NCBI GenBank assembly: GCA_963701085.1
Contig: OY969561.1
Span: forward strand, 896,001-960,000
Source of the DNA: an uncultured bacterium
Lineage (GTDB): Bacteria > Babelota > Babeliae > Babelales > Vermiphilaceae
Length of the DNA stretch: 64,000 nt
Direction: 5' to 3'
Shown piece after piece: positions 1 through 10,598 of this stretch (within the stretch, counting starts at the first letter, position 1; each line of letters begins with the position of its first letter). The notes under the pieces were generated by a model. It had not been told where the DNA came from, did no database searches, and saw only the letters and a list, made by a program, of their open reading frames with translations. The translations under genes were made by a program, and so were the position numbers.

Positions 1-18
1 ACATCACTCGAGGGAACC

Positions 19-501
19 ATGAAGCTCACCAGCCCCGCCTTTTCTCATAATGAAGCAATCCCCGCGCAATATACCTGCGAAGGTGCCGATATTTCACCGG
101 CATTGCAATGGACTACTCCCCCAAAAGATACTAAAAGTTTTGCCCTTATCGTTGATGATCCTGATGCACCGGGTAAAGTATGGGTACATTGGATATTATT
201 CAATATTCCCGCTAACGTGGATACTATAGCAGAAAACATGCCATCCAGTTCTTTTACTCCCTACTCCGCACAAGGCTTCGAAGGGCCTCGGCAAGGCGCA
301 ACTGATTTTAACGGCGCACAACACTATGGCGGCCCCTGCCCACCAAGCGGCAATCATCGCTACCATTTCACCCTCTACGCTCTGGATACCATGCTTGATT
401 TACCAGCAGGAGCAAGTAAACGACAACTTCTTGCCGCTATGCGCAACCACATTCTTGAAGAAACAACCCTCATTGGAACTTACCAACACAAAAATAAATA
501 A
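19..501 (+). CDS. YbhB/YbcL family (PEBP/Raf kinase inhibitor-like) protein
   Basis: Motifs DPDAP, WVHW, YGGPCPP, HRYHFTLYALD. Confidence 0.93.
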   Translation: MKLTSPAFSHNEAIPAQYTCEGADISPALQWTTPPKDTKSFALIVDDPDAPGKVWVHWILFNIPANVDTIAENMPSSSFTPYSAQGFEGPRQGATDFNGAQHYGGPCPPSGNHRYHFTLYALDTMLDLPAGASKRQLLAAMRNHILEETTLIGTYQHKNK

Positions 502-530
502 AAGAAGCCTCAAAAATAGGGCTCGTATTT

Positions 531-3260
531 TTACTCAGTCACTGCTTTCCAATCAACACCACTGCACGTACTCACTTCAAGTGGCACACTCCATTGCACC
601 ACCGATTCTAATACACGCTTCACTAACGCTTCAACAGCAGCTGCATCTTTTTCAGGAGCAGAGATAATTAACTCATCATGAATTTGTAATACTATGCAAC
701 TTTCTGCATATTGCGCTAATAATTCTTTACGCACCGCAATCATACCCAACTTCATAATTTCTGCGGCAGTACCTTGCGCAACGGTGTTAATTGCTATGCG
801 GCATGCTTCTTCATACATTGTGCGATTTTTTTCATAAATAGTTGGGATATAACGGCGACGTCCCCAGTATGTTTCCACATACTCATGCTTTTTTGCAAAT
901 TCAATTATCGATTCCATCCATGCTGAAACGTGGGGATATTGCTCAAAATAACGTTCAATATATTTTTTTGCATCTTTAAACGGAATACCTAAATCTTTTG
1001 ATAATCCGTACGGTGTCATTCCATACAACACACTAAAATTAATACGTTTACCAAGTTGACGTTGCTCATGCGTTACATTTTTAAGCTCAACATCAAATAA
1101 ACGTGCTGCTGTTTCTGTGTGAATATCATGTCCTTGTAAAAACGCATTCAACAAATTCGTGTCTTGCGATAAGTACGCAAGCACGCGCAACTCAATTTGT
1201 GAGTAATCAGCAGAGATAAACAAACGTCCAGCCCCAGCTTTGAATGCAGCACGCACTTCTATGCCATAACCAGTGCCATCCGCAGGAATGTTTTGCAAAT
1301 TAGGATTGGAGCTCGCAAGACGCCCCGTTGCGACTGATGTTTGACTAAATGTTGTATGTAAACGATGCGTATTTTTATTCACGTAGGTTGGCAATGCATC
1401 AATATACGTATTTTTTAATTTTGTTAACTCACGATATTTAATAATCAATGCAGGGATGGGATGCAACGCAGCAAGTATTTTTAGCACCTCTGCATCCGTT
1501 GAATATTTCCCCGTAGGACTCTTTTTTTGTGGTGGCAATTGCAACACACTAAACAACAAATATTCCATCTGACTTGGTGAATTCAGGTTAATTGTTTCTT
1601 TACCAACAACTTGCGCGATCGCTGATTCAATCGTACTGATATCAACAACAACTTTTTTATCAAGCTCATGCAAAAAATCAACATCAAGATTAACACCCTC
1701 TTTTTCCATCTCATACAATACTTCAATTAACGGATGCTCAATATGTGCGTATAAATCATGTATTTTTGGATCTTTTTTAAATGCATCTTCAATCACCGCA
1801 ACCAGGCGAAATGTTTGGTATGAATCAGCGCATGAATAAAGTGCTGCTAAGTCATGAGGAACAAAAGAAAAATCTTTATATTTGTTAGATTTAACGACAT
1901 CATCGAACGTCAGCATTTCTTCATTAAAAAAAGAGTGTGATAATTTTTTTAAACTTGCACTCTGCCACTCTTTAATAATAAGATTTGCACCAATCAATGT
2001 ATCAAGTGCAATGCCAGCAAGTTCGATACCATGCGTTGTTAACACAAGCTGATCATACTTTGCATTGTGCAAATATTTTTTATACTGCGTACTTTCCAAA
2101 ATTGGTTTTAACGCTGCAATAACTTCAGTGCATGGCAATTGCAGTTCATCAGTTTTATGTCCACAAGGAATGTAATATGCACTCTGCTCATCCAAACAAA
2201 ATGACACCCCAACCAACTCAACTTCCAATGCTTGCAACCCCGTTGTTTCAGTATCAACAGCAAATGCACCTTTGTTTTTTAGATGCTCACACAATTCATG
2301 CAATTGCTGCGTTGTGGTAATAGTGGTAAAATTGTGCTTTCTCCAATAATCAATCTTATCTTGCACATCGTTCGCACGCTCTTGTTTGGTTTCTCCCGCA
2401 CCAGCAGTGAGTGATTTAAAACCAAGCTCTTCAAACAATGGTCGTGCATTATTCCAGCCACGCGGATCAAAAAACAATTGCTCGGGCGTTAAATTGAGTT
2501 GATCATATTGCAGTAAAAAAAGCTGAAAGCTTAAAAATGCATTGTCTTTGTTGGTGAGCAATGCAGTTTTTACGCCAGCTTTTTTAATTTCATTAATGCG
2601 TGCATACATATCTTCCAGTGAATCAAACTGGTTAACCAAATCCACCGCAGTTTTTTTACCAATGCCGCGTACACCCGGAATATTATCAGAGCTATCACCA
2701 AGAAGTGCAAAATAAAATGGCATCTTTTCTACGGAAAATCCCATCTTTTGTTGCACTTGCGCAGCATCAGAGAATTGTTCTTTAAAAGCATCCAATAGAT
2801 ATATATTTTGTCCGAGCGTCAGTGCCTGGCCCATATCTTTATCAAGCGTTACAAACACAACGGCTTTATCTGGCTCATCAGTCATCCAATCTTTTGCCAA
2901 TGAGTACATCAAATCATCCGCTTCAATGCCAACCTGTGCAACCTGCGGCATACCAATCATTTCCGCAAACTGCAGTATATATTCTTTTTGATCAAACAAA
3001 TCACTTGGTGGTGCTTGGCGCGTAGCTTTATACGCAGGAAACATCTCATGACGTGTTGTTTTACCTTTACTATCCCACACCAATACAACATATTCCGGCC
3101 CATATACATCAATCAATTTTTTAATCATGCGGCAAAAACTAAAAACCGCTTGCACGGCAACACCTGATGGTGAGTGCAATGGTTTAAGGCCATAATATGC
3201 GCGGTATAAAAATGATGAACCATCAATAAGAAAGAGTGTTTTTTTAGGATCAAAATTCAT
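531..3260 (-). CDS. polA: DNA polymerase I
   Basis: 5'-3' exonuclease N-terminus (LIDGSSFLYRAY), DTET exonuclease motif, ADYSQIELR, QIHDEL. Confidence 0.98.
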   Translation of the reverse strand: MNFDPKKTLFLIDGSSFLYRAYYGLKPLHSPSGVAVQAVFSFCRMIKKLIDVYGPEYVVLVWDSKGKTTRHEMFPAYKATRQAPPSDLFDQKEYILQFAEMIGMPQVAQVGIEADDLMYSLAKDWMTDEPDKAVVFVTLDKDMGQALTLGQNIYLLDAFKEQFSDAAQVQQKMGFSVEKMPFYFALLGDSSDNIPGVRGIGKKTAVDLVNQFDSLEDMYARINEIKKAGVKTALLTNKDNAFLSFQLFLLQYDQLNLTPEQLFFDPRGWNNARPLFEELGFKSLTAGAGETKQERANDVQDKIDYWRKHNFTTITTTQQLHELCEHLKNKGAFAVDTETTGLQALEVELVGVSFCLDEQSAYYIPCGHKTDELQLPCTEVIAALKPILESTQYKKYLHNAKYDQLVLTTHGIELAGIALDTLIGANLIIKEWQSASLKKLSHSFFNEEMLTFDDVVKSNKYKDFSFVPHDLAALYSCADSYQTFRLVAVIEDAFKKDPKIHDLYAHIEHPLIEVLYEMEKEGVNLDVDFLHELDKKVVVDISTIESAIAQVVGKETINLNSPSQMEYLLFSVLQLPPQKKSPTGKYSTDAEVLKILAALHPIPALIIKYRELTKLKNTYIDALPTYVNKNTHRLHTTFSQTSVATGRLASSNPNLQNIPADGTGYGIEVRAAFKAGAGRLFISADYSQIELRVLAYLSQDTNLLNAFLQGHDIHTETAARLFDVELKNVTHEQRQLGKRINFSVLYGMTPYGLSKDLGIPFKDAKKYIERYFEQYPHVSAWMESIIEFAKKHEYVETYWGRRRYIPTIYEKNRTMYEEACRIAINTVAQGTAAEIMKLGMIAVRKELLAQYAESCIVLQIHDELIISAPEKDAAAVEALVKRVLESVVQWSVPLEVSTCSGVDWKAVTE

Positions 3261-3349
3261 AAATTAACCTATCTAATCAGTTAAGTTTTTATTACTATAA
3301 AAGTGTATTATTATTAATCAGTTTAATCCGTTTATCAGAAAGGTACATA

Positions 3350-4318
3350 ATGAAAAAAATGGCGCAACTTCTTGCTCTCTCAGTCACGCTCTGCAGTAGT
3401 CATAATACATTAACTATGGAGTCACAACCAAACACCCATCTTCTTGTTATCCCAGGACAAAATGGCATGGGTGGTCAAAACGTGGATAAAGTTTTACCAT
3501 ACTTTTCACAACATAACCGTAAACATCTCATTCCAACCCCTCTGCAAAAGCCGGATTTTGGACAAACAACCTGTCAAAATTATCTTAAAGAAGCATTAGA
3601 CATCCTTAAAGATGCAGGCGTTATTCGTAACAATGATCACCTTATTCTCCATGGATCATCGCAAGGAACCGCGACAACCATAAATTATGCTGCTAACAAT
3701 CCAACAAACATTAAAGCTCTTATTCTAGAAAGTGTGATGCTTACCGGCAATAGTGCCATATTCCACACCGTTGATAATATGATGATACCAGAATCATGTG
3801 ACCTACCAGATAGCAGCTATTACACATTACCTTACACAGCAAAGGTTATGTATTCAAATTATTCACCCACTGGTGAACAACCAATCAACAATATTGATAA
3901 ATTACCCAATGATTTACCAATCATAATTTTACACGACACTCAAGATTTCCAACTATCTTTTAAAGACGCACAAGCATTGTATGCTTATTTAACAAGCGTG
4001 AGAAAAAATGAAAATGTGTATCTTTTTGCTCAAGAAAGTCAACGAGGTGAACATATTAACTTATTAAAAAAAAACAATGAGCAAGAAATAAGTGCTATCA
4101 ATACCATTTTGATATTACATAACCTATTACCATTTGGTCGCAACCAAAAAATAATTAATTTAGAAAAATATCAACCTGAAGTGCAACTAGAATGGCTTGA
4201 TCATTTTGAAGCAATGCGCAATAAAGAACAGAACTTGGAATGCATCGATAGTTCAGTCAAAGTAACGAGCACAAGTTTTGGACTGTATGCATTAGGAAAA
4301 TGGTTGGGGATTATATAA
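3350..4318 (+). CDS. Secreted alpha/beta-hydrolase-fold protein
   Basis: Signal-like N-terminus; G-S-S-Q-G nucleophile elbow, IKALILES, PIIILH, C-terminal GEH. Confidence 0.7.
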   Translation: MKKMAQLLALSVTLCSSHNTLTMESQPNTHLLVIPGQNGMGGQNVDKVLPYFSQHNRKHLIPTPLQKPDFGQTTCQNYLKEALDILKDAGVIRNNDHLILHGSSQGTATTINYAANNPTNIKALILESVMLTGNSAIFHTVDNMMIPESCDLPDSSYYTLPYTAKVMYSNYSPTGEQPINNIDKLPNDLPIIILHDTQDFQLSFKDAQALYAYLTSVRKNENVYLFAQESQRGEHINLLKKNNEQEISAINTILILHNLLPFGRNQKIINLEKYQPEVQLEWLDHFEAMRNKEQNLECIDSSVKVTSTSFGLYALGKWLGII

Positions 4319-4391
4319 TCCTTCGACCCAGCCTTCGTTAAAACTTCGGCGGGCATGCAAAGTCCGCCATAGCCTTGGCGACGGCGGATAC
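4319..4391. repeat. Nested REP-like palindromes directly after a TAA stop
   Basis: CCTTCGA...TACA interrupted by GCCTTCGTTAAAACTTCGGCGGGC and TCCGCCATAGCCTTGGCGACGGCGGA. Confidence 0.7.
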
Positions 4392-4462
4392 AAACTTTCT
4401 TAAAAAACCGGAATTTTCATTCCGGGTTTTTTTACTATACTCAACGTACTAAAAAATATTAC

Positions 4463-4867
4463 TTAACGGAGTTCAGGAACCTCACCATTGTCATCAAAGT
4501 CCTGAATTTTTACAAAAAAATTATTTTTTTTATTAGCTTTAACAAGCGGGGTAATAGTTGCTATAAACGCTTCCCCTTTTAAATGATATGGTACTTTTAC
4601 TGTTTTATTTCCATTAAAAGCATCATCAAATCCTTTTTGAACAGCATCTTTATCATGTTTATTCAAAGACACTATATCAATAATATTTTTTCCTATAAAC
4701 GCCTCTGGCGGCATATCAAACCCCATGTTCTCTGCTGAATAACCTTTGATGCAACAATTATGCTTACAAAGAAAATTTAAACGTGCTGTATTCTTTTCCA
4801 TGCTCATCAAAGACCCGGTTGCACATACCGCGACTAATGACGCTAATAATAAATTTGATTTCATCAT
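4463..4867 (-). CDS. Small exported PAS-like domain protein
   Basis: Signal peptide; PEAFIGKNIIDIV and FIATITPL resemble PAS-fold segments. Confidence 0.5.
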   Translation of the reverse strand: MMKSNLLLASLVAVCATGSLMSMEKNTARLNFLCKHNCCIKGYSAENMGFDMPPEAFIGKNIIDIVSLNKHDKDAVQKGFDDAFNGNKTVKVPYHLKGEAFIATITPLVKANKKNNFFVKIQDFDDNGEVPELR

Positions 4868-4935
4868 CCCTCTCCTCTATTTAAATATATCTTATTATCA
4901 AGCAGAATATTACCATGCAACCAAACAACTTGCAA

Positions 4936-5466
4936 CTATACTACCTTGCCTTTAACAGCACACCTAAACTGCTTACCAGCCCCTTCATGCTGCAAAGAAA
5001 CAAGCTTAACGCCAGTAAATAATTCCGATGCAGACAATCTTTTAATAAACACGGTAGCATGTTCCGGCGTTGGACATAACAGCGTAAGTTCACAATCTTT
5101 TTTATTAAACCGCACCGCTTCCAATGATGCACCATCACCACATGCTTGGACAATCGCTGCAACATACTGATGAGGATTTTTTGGCGAATCATTATAATTT
5201 TCTATTTTCTTTATCCTCATCCGCAACGTATCATGCTCAACCGCCAATTCATTTTTGTTCTTGGCGATTTTTTCATAATCTTTTGTTACTTGCCGCAATG
5301 CACTCACCTCTTTTTTGAGCGTTATATATGCCAAAAACTGCGGCACAATAAAATACGCACTCACGAGCACACAACATACAAACAAAAAAAATGTCACCCA
5401 AAACCAACGAGCAATTGCATACTGTTTTTGTGGCGACAATGACGTAATAAAATTAACTTTTTTCAT
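4936..5466 (-). CDS. PilN-like pilus/T2SS assembly protein
   Basis: VNFI N-terminus, one TM helix, coiled coil, FIKRLSASELFTGVKL. Confidence 0.65.
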   Translation of the reverse strand: MKKVNFITSLSPQKQYAIARWFWVTFFLFVCCVLVSAYFIVPQFLAYITLKKEVSALRQVTKDYEKIAKNKNELAVEHDTLRMRIKKIENYNDSPKNPHQYVAAIVQACGDGASLEAVRFNKKDCELTLLCPTPEHATVFIKRLSASELFTGVKLVSLQHEGAGKQFRCAVKGKVV

Positions 5467-6207
5467 CTACTCTATCCTTTCAGAACAAAACAAACCCGCG
5501 GCAGCCCCCACCTCCGCTAAAGCGGAGTTTATCCTGAGCTCCGTCGAAGGAGCGGGCAGGGCAGATAAATCCAATGCGCTCATATTTATCATGCGTCGTA
5601 GCATATCAGCCGTTATAAGATCAGCAATATTATTATTGCACCGCATCATATCAACAGCAAGTTGACTACGCCTAAATGCTGTACCAAAAACATGTTGGTA
5701 CACAGATAATAGTGCCATTGTTTGCGTTGTGATGGTAATCAAATTGCACTGCGCAGCAACAGCAAGCATCTCATACTGCAATAATAAAAACCTTGGAACG
5801 CTATAGAGATAAAAAACAAACTGACCATCATCATTCGGGTACAAATACCGATATTCCCACAACAGATTCCGCGCGCTGTTTGCCATACCAAAATCAGTAC
5901 GATGCGGCGTTGATGTTGGCATTGCTACAAACTGCTCCGTAACAGCAGGGCCGTGTAATATAAATGCTATAAATGCATTTTCAAGATTATGTTCTTGTAA
6001 AAAAGACGTGATATGTTTTTTTATAACAGTGGGATTAAAAAGTATAAGGTTGGCAAGTTCAAGATTATCAAGCGGGTACCGTTTATATGCACGTAATACC
6101 AGAGGTGATGTTCCATTATTTGTTTTTTCCAACCAATAACAACTCAAGGCATCTTGAGCTAAAAAAACAGAAACAAGTTTATGTTCAAGTGCTGGAATTG
6201 GCCACAT
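5467..6207 (-). CDS. Divergent PilM-like protein with in-frame palindrome insertion
   Basis: Directly upstream of PilN-like gene; C-terminal GAAAG; start placed at ATG 6207. Confidence 0.45.
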   Translation of the reverse strand: MWPIPALEHKLVSVFLAQDALSCYWLEKTNNGTSPLVLRAYKRYPLDNLELANLILFNPTVIKKHITSFLQEHNLENAFIAFILHGPAVTEQFVAMPTSTPHRTDFGMANSARNLLWEYRYLYPNDDGQFVFYLYSVPRFLLLQYEMLAVAAQCNLITITTQTMALLSVYQHVFGTAFRRSQLAVDMMRCNNNIADLITADMLRRMINMSALDLSALPAPSTELRINSALAEVGAAAGLFCSERIE

Positions 6208-7102
6208 AGTCCACTCTCCCGGTAACAAAGCGGTCTTTGCCTTCTAAATCTTTATGCACAAGAACATCGTTATAACGAGCTGCTTCCATAAGATCTCTAA
6301 CAACTGCTCCCTGTGCATAACCAATTTCAATAACTACCTGAGGAATATTTTTATTTTTCATTTCATTATTAGGTTGTATGCATTGCGGCGCCTGCGCAAT
6401 AATCTTTTTAATAATTGCAAGTCCATCATCAGCAGCAACAAGCGCACCATGATCTTCCCAATTTGTCACCATTTTATCAAGTTCAGTAAATTCAGATGGC
6501 GTAATATAGGGAGGGTTGGAGACAATAATATCAAACAGCATGCCACATGGTAGTGATTCAAAAAGATCTGATTTGATAGCAGTAACATTCATCATTTTAT
6601 TATGTTCAATATTTTTTTCTGTTAATTCAAGAGCTGCATCAGCATTATCTGTTGCAACAATGTTTGCGAGCGGTAAATGATGAGCAAGAGCAATGGCAAT
6701 GCATCCTGACCCTGTACACAAATCTAAAATGTTGATTTTTTTATTATCCAAAAGTTGCAGATGTTCAATGATATGTAAACACCACTCTTCTGTTTCTGGA
6801 CGTGGAATAAGCGTTGGTGGTTCAACAAGAATATCACAATCATTAAATGGCACTGATCCAAGAATATATTGCAGCGGCTTTTTATCAACAACAAGCTCGT
6901 GAACCCACCGATCAATCTGCTCTTTTTGTGCATTGCTGAGCATCACGGTATCTTGCGCAATAAGCTCTGTTTTTGTTGTGCTACAAATCGCCTGCAAAAT
7001 CCACCATGCATATTGCTGACACAGTGTATCATCATCATAGCCCTGCGCAATCTTGTGCCGAATATCGTTAATATAGTGCATAACGTCATAATTAGTATTC
7101 AT
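6185..7102 (-). CDS. prmC: Release factor glutamine methyltransferase
   Basis: PLQYILG, LIPRPETEE, LDLCTGSGCIA, SNPPY. Confidence 0.95.
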   Translation of the reverse strand: MNTNYDVMHYINDIRHKIAQGYDDDTLCQQYAWWILQAICSTTKTELIAQDTVMLSNAQKEQIDRWVHELVVDKKPLQYILGSVPFNDCDILVEPPTLIPRPETEEWCLHIIEHLQLLDNKKINILDLCTGSGCIAIALAHHLPLANIVATDNADAALELTEKNIEHNKMMNVTAIKSDLFESLPCGMLFDIIVSNPPYITPSEFTELDKMVTNWEDHGALVAADDGLAIIKKIIAQAPQCIQPNNEMKNKNIPQVVIEIGYAQGAVVRDLMEAARYNDVLVHKDLEGKDRFVTGRVDYVANSST

Positions 7103-7264
7103 GGCAGCCAGTCTAGCACATTTTTATGAGACTCGTGAAGTAGTATAAAAAGGTAAGGCTAATGTTTTTGCTATAAAGTGCACGCAATTGAATATTGTGA
7201 TATAATAACAATTAAAATCCTCAGTATAGGCTGAGGATTTTTCAATTATGTTAAAGGATCTTTC

Positions 7265-8248
7265 GTGAATAACAATCGTGCTATCATTACACTCGGCATT
7301 ATCGCATCACTGCTCATGAGTGCCATTATTATCAAAAAATCTCTCGTTCGTTCACAAAAAACTGCGCAATGGAATATCGCGATCATCCAGACAGCTTCTC
7401 ACCCTGCACTTGATGCCGCGCGTGATGGATTTATCAATGGCCTACAAGACACATTAGGCAATGATATCGGTTTTACAATCCGCAATGGTGAAGGTTCTAT
7501 CAACACACTTTATGCCATTGCACAACAGTTCCATGCACGCCAAGACATTGATGCAATTTATGCAATCGCAACACCTGCTGCTCAAGCAATGGCATCGGTG
7601 GAAAAAGAAAAACCAATAATTATTGCTGCAGTTACCGTGTCACCAGAATTAGGAATAAATTTTGATGGACCCAATATATGTGGCGTCAGCGATATGATTA
7701 ATATACGCGCTGAGATTGAAGCAATGCAGCAGTTACTACCAAACATCAAAACTGTTGGTATTATCTTTACCACTGCTGAAAGCAATTCAGTTGCTACATC
7801 AAAAATAATGGTTACTGAATTAGAACGCGTAGGCTACACTCCCGTAACTATTGGCATAGCATCTGAATCGGATATAGAACCAGCCGTTATGAGTGCACTA
7901 CGTAAAGTTGATGCTCTCATTGCACCAACTGATAACACAATAGCAAATACCATCGCTCTTATTTCTGATTTAGCACGTAAGGCCGAAAAACCACTCATTG
8001 TCAGTGACAATATGCTCGTCAAATATGGTCCATTAATGGCTCGTGGTGTTGATTATCATCAAGCTGGCATTGATGCTGCTCGTATTGCTCTACAACTTTT
8101 AATCAATCATAAAAAACCATATGAGTTGCCCATTTTAGGTGCTGATAGTAAACAAATCTTTGTTAATATGAACACGGCTACCGCATTGAATGTGGAGATT
8201 CCTGCAAAATTAGAAAAATATGTTGTACCTGTTGAAATGATTGAATAA
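7265..8248 (+). CDS. ABC transporter substrate-binding protein (ABC_sub_bind, aromatic amino acid type)
   Basis: SHPALDAARDGF, AIATPAAQA, PTDNTI motifs. Confidence 0.85.
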   Translation: MNNNRAIITLGIIASLLMSAIIIKKSLVRSQKTAQWNIAIIQTASHPALDAARDGFINGLQDTLGNDIGFTIRNGEGSINTLYAIAQQFHARQDIDAIYAIATPAAQAMASVEKEKPIIIAAVTVSPELGINFDGPNICGVSDMINIRAEIEAMQQLLPNIKTVGIIFTTAESNSVATSKIMVTELERVGYTPVTIGIASESDIEPAVMSALRKVDALIAPTDNTIANTIALISDLARKAEKPLIVSDNMLVKYGPLMARGVDYHQAGIDAARIALQLLINHKKPYELPILGADSKQIFVNMNTATALNVEIPAKLEKYVVPVEMIE

Positions 8249-8296
8249 ACAACATGAGTTCAATCTAAAAAAAGTTAAAAAAAATCATCTAGTCTT

Positions 8297-8494
8297 GCGC
8301 GCTCGTCGAGCTATCTCCCATCTTCATTCTTTCGATGGGGACCCCAATTGGAATAAAGTGAAAATTGGGGCTAAAGGATATCTTAGAGTGCGCTCATTCT
8401 TTTTGATTATTTTAATTACCCTTTAATAATAAGAACTTTGTTGTATTATTATGAATGCGCTCGAGGAAACCCTTCAACAAGTTCAGGGCGAGCC
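8297..8494. repeat. Composite REP-like element (GGGGACCCC hairpin family plus CCTTCAACAAGTTCAGG arm)
   Basis: 8314-8370 matches reverse complement of 55921-55978; 8457-8494 matches arm of 13780-13853. Confidence 0.7.
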
Positions 8495-8536
8495 GGGAAG
8501 GCAATTTAATATTTTTCGATTTTAATAATCTCAGGA

Positions 8537-9427
8537 TCAACCTAACAACTCATTCACATATTCTTGCCCATCAAATTTTTTAATCTGATCAGATTGTTCA
8601 CCAAAGGTAAGAAAAACAACAGGAATAGCCAGTTCTTGAGCAATCCCAAATACAATACCACCTTTTCCCGTACCATCCATTTTGGTCAAAATAATACCCG
8701 TAACATCAGTGCTCTCTTTAAATAACTTTGCTTGTTCAAATGAATTTTGTCCAAGCATTGCATCAATAGTGAGCAATGTCGCAACATGCTGACCAGAAAG
8801 TTGTTTTTCAACAGATCGTTTTATTTTTGCAAGTTCATGCATTAAGTTTATTTTTGTTTGCAAGCGCCCTGCCGTATCAATGATAAGAATATCGTAGCCT
8901 TCAGTTTTAAACTTTTCACAACCTTGATATACCAGAGATGCTGGATCTTGCCCTTCTTTACCAACCAAAATATCAGCACCTGATTTTAATGCCCATTGAT
9001 TCAGTTGTTCTGGTGCGGCTGCACGGAACGTATCTGCCGCAACCAAGAGTACTTTTTTTCCTTGTTGTGTATATTTATGGGCAAACTTACCAATACTCGT
9101 TGTTTTGCCACTGCCATTAATACCCACGAAAAGAAATATCTGTTGTTTATCAATATCTGGCATGGAATATTGGATCAAAATATCTCTCAAAACGGTATGC
9201 ATTATTTGTTTGAGCTGTGCACCATCGATAATTCCTGCACCAATTTGTTTGCGTAATGCAGCAATAATTGAACGTGTTGTTGAAACACCAACATCACTGG
9301 AGATGAGTAAAATTTCTAATTCTTTGAGCGCAGCTTCATCGATAATAGTTCTACTAAAAAATGAACCTAACTTTGATGTGACGGTACTAAATATTTTTTG
9401 AAGTTTATCTTTGATAAAACTAAACAT
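8537..9427 (-). CDS. ftsY: SRP receptor FtsY
   Basis: GINGSGKTT, DTFRAAA, DTAGR, TKMDGTGKGG; likely start MFSFIKDKL at 9427. Confidence 0.96.
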   Translation of the reverse strand: MFSFIKDKLQKIFSTVTSKLGSFFSRTIIDEAALKELEILLISSDVGVSTTRSIIAALRKQIGAGIIDGAQLKQIMHTVLRDILIQYSMPDIDKQQIFLFVGINGSGKTTSIGKFAHKYTQQGKKVLLVAADTFRAAAPEQLNQWALKSGADILVGKEGQDPASLVYQGCEKFKTEGYDILIIDTAGRLQTKINLMHELAKIKRSVEKQLSGQHVATLLTIDAMLGQNSFEQAKLFKESTDVTGIILTKMDGTGKGGIVFGIAQELAIPVVFLTFGEQSDQIKKFDGQEYVNELLG

Positions 9428-9515
9428 GGGGCCTCTATATAAATGATGAATAATCTGAATTAGTTTTAACATTATAACAAAAAGATGCCTTTTTAGCGAT
9501 ACCAAAAACAGTTCT

Positions 9516-10493
9516 TTATGCAACAACAAGCACATCAAGCTGCGCAACAACACGCTCAACCTGACAACAATTATAATCAACAATCGCTTGTATATACTGT
9601 TTTTTTACTGAACTATACGTATACACCGCATCATGAGCACATTTCATCCACAAATCATATAACGCGTTTGCAGAATATTTATCAATAAGTTTATTTAACC
9701 AATCACGTACATGACTCAACGCCGTAACTTCTTTTGGTGATAATTGTTCACTATTAAGTCTGACTAAAAAGTCATAAGAATCTGTTGCAAGATGAGATAT
9801 AGACTTTAAATCCCATGTAATTGCGCTAGCTGAAGCATTGTTATTAAACCAATAAACAGAACTAAAAACACGATCCATATCAATTGCATAAAAATGAGCT
9901 GTTTGAGCATCAAAAAATAAATTACCCTGATGACGATCATAATTATCAAGATAGATATCAAGCGCTACAATAGAACAAAGTTCATCATTTTCAGTAATAC
10001 TTTGTAAATGAGCGAAACAACGCAACCCCCCATAAATATCAGCCTTTTCACACATGTTTGCAATATTACATACTTCTTTACCCGGCACGCAGGTATGAAT
10101 AGTGGCTACACAACCATCATCTTTACCAGCACAATGGATGTGCGGTGGAATTATTCTTACTTTATTAATACGAATACCAACCGATGCCCCAACATGGGCA
10201 CCCAGCGCCTCATGAATTGCTTGTTCAGGATCAGCATAACATTTAATAATAAAACTATGTTTATGACCATCTTTTAAAAAAGCGACTTTGTTAAAACTCA
10301 CCAGTGGTAATCTATCCGTATCCAAAAACAATGGCTCCTGATACGTAAAATCAGTACCATTAAGCACATTAACAACTGCACGATTTGGCGCAGCCAAGCG
10401 TTTTGCTTCAACAAAACCTGCTGCTGAAACCAATAAAGCAACAAAAAGTGCCTTTACGGCCATATATCGTCTATTTTTCTGTATAATGTTCAT
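9516..10493 (-). CDS. Exported HipA/PI3-PI4-kinase-like protein
   Basis: Signal-like N-terminus; FIIKC Lys, DNYDRHQGN catalytic loop, AIDMD. Confidence 0.65.
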   Translation of the reverse strand: MNIIQKNRRYMAVKALFVALLVSAAGFVEAKRLAAPNRAVVNVLNGTDFTYQEPLFLDTDRLPLVSFNKVAFLKDGHKHSFIIKCYADPEQAIHEALGAHVGASVGIRINKVRIIPPHIHCAGKDDGCVATIHTCVPGKEVCNIANMCEKADIYGGLRCFAHLQSITENDELCSIVALDIYLDNYDRHQGNLFFDAQTAHFYAIDMDRVFSSVYWFNNNASASAITWDLKSISHLATDSYDFLVRLNSEQLSPKEVTALSHVRDWLNKLIDKYSANALYDLWMKCAHDAVYTYSSVKKQYIQAIVDYNCCQVERVVAQLDVLVVA

Positions 10494-10598
10494 AACAACC
10501 CCCTTGATTAGATACTTAATCACTATATGACCAATATACATTAAAAATAGAATAAAGAAAAAAGCCCCCACAAAACACCTATCTAGCCGATAATTCTA

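Noticed and set aside
8241-8426. 61-aa ORF after the ABC binding protein
   Set aside because: Runs through a palindromic repeat composite; no coding signature
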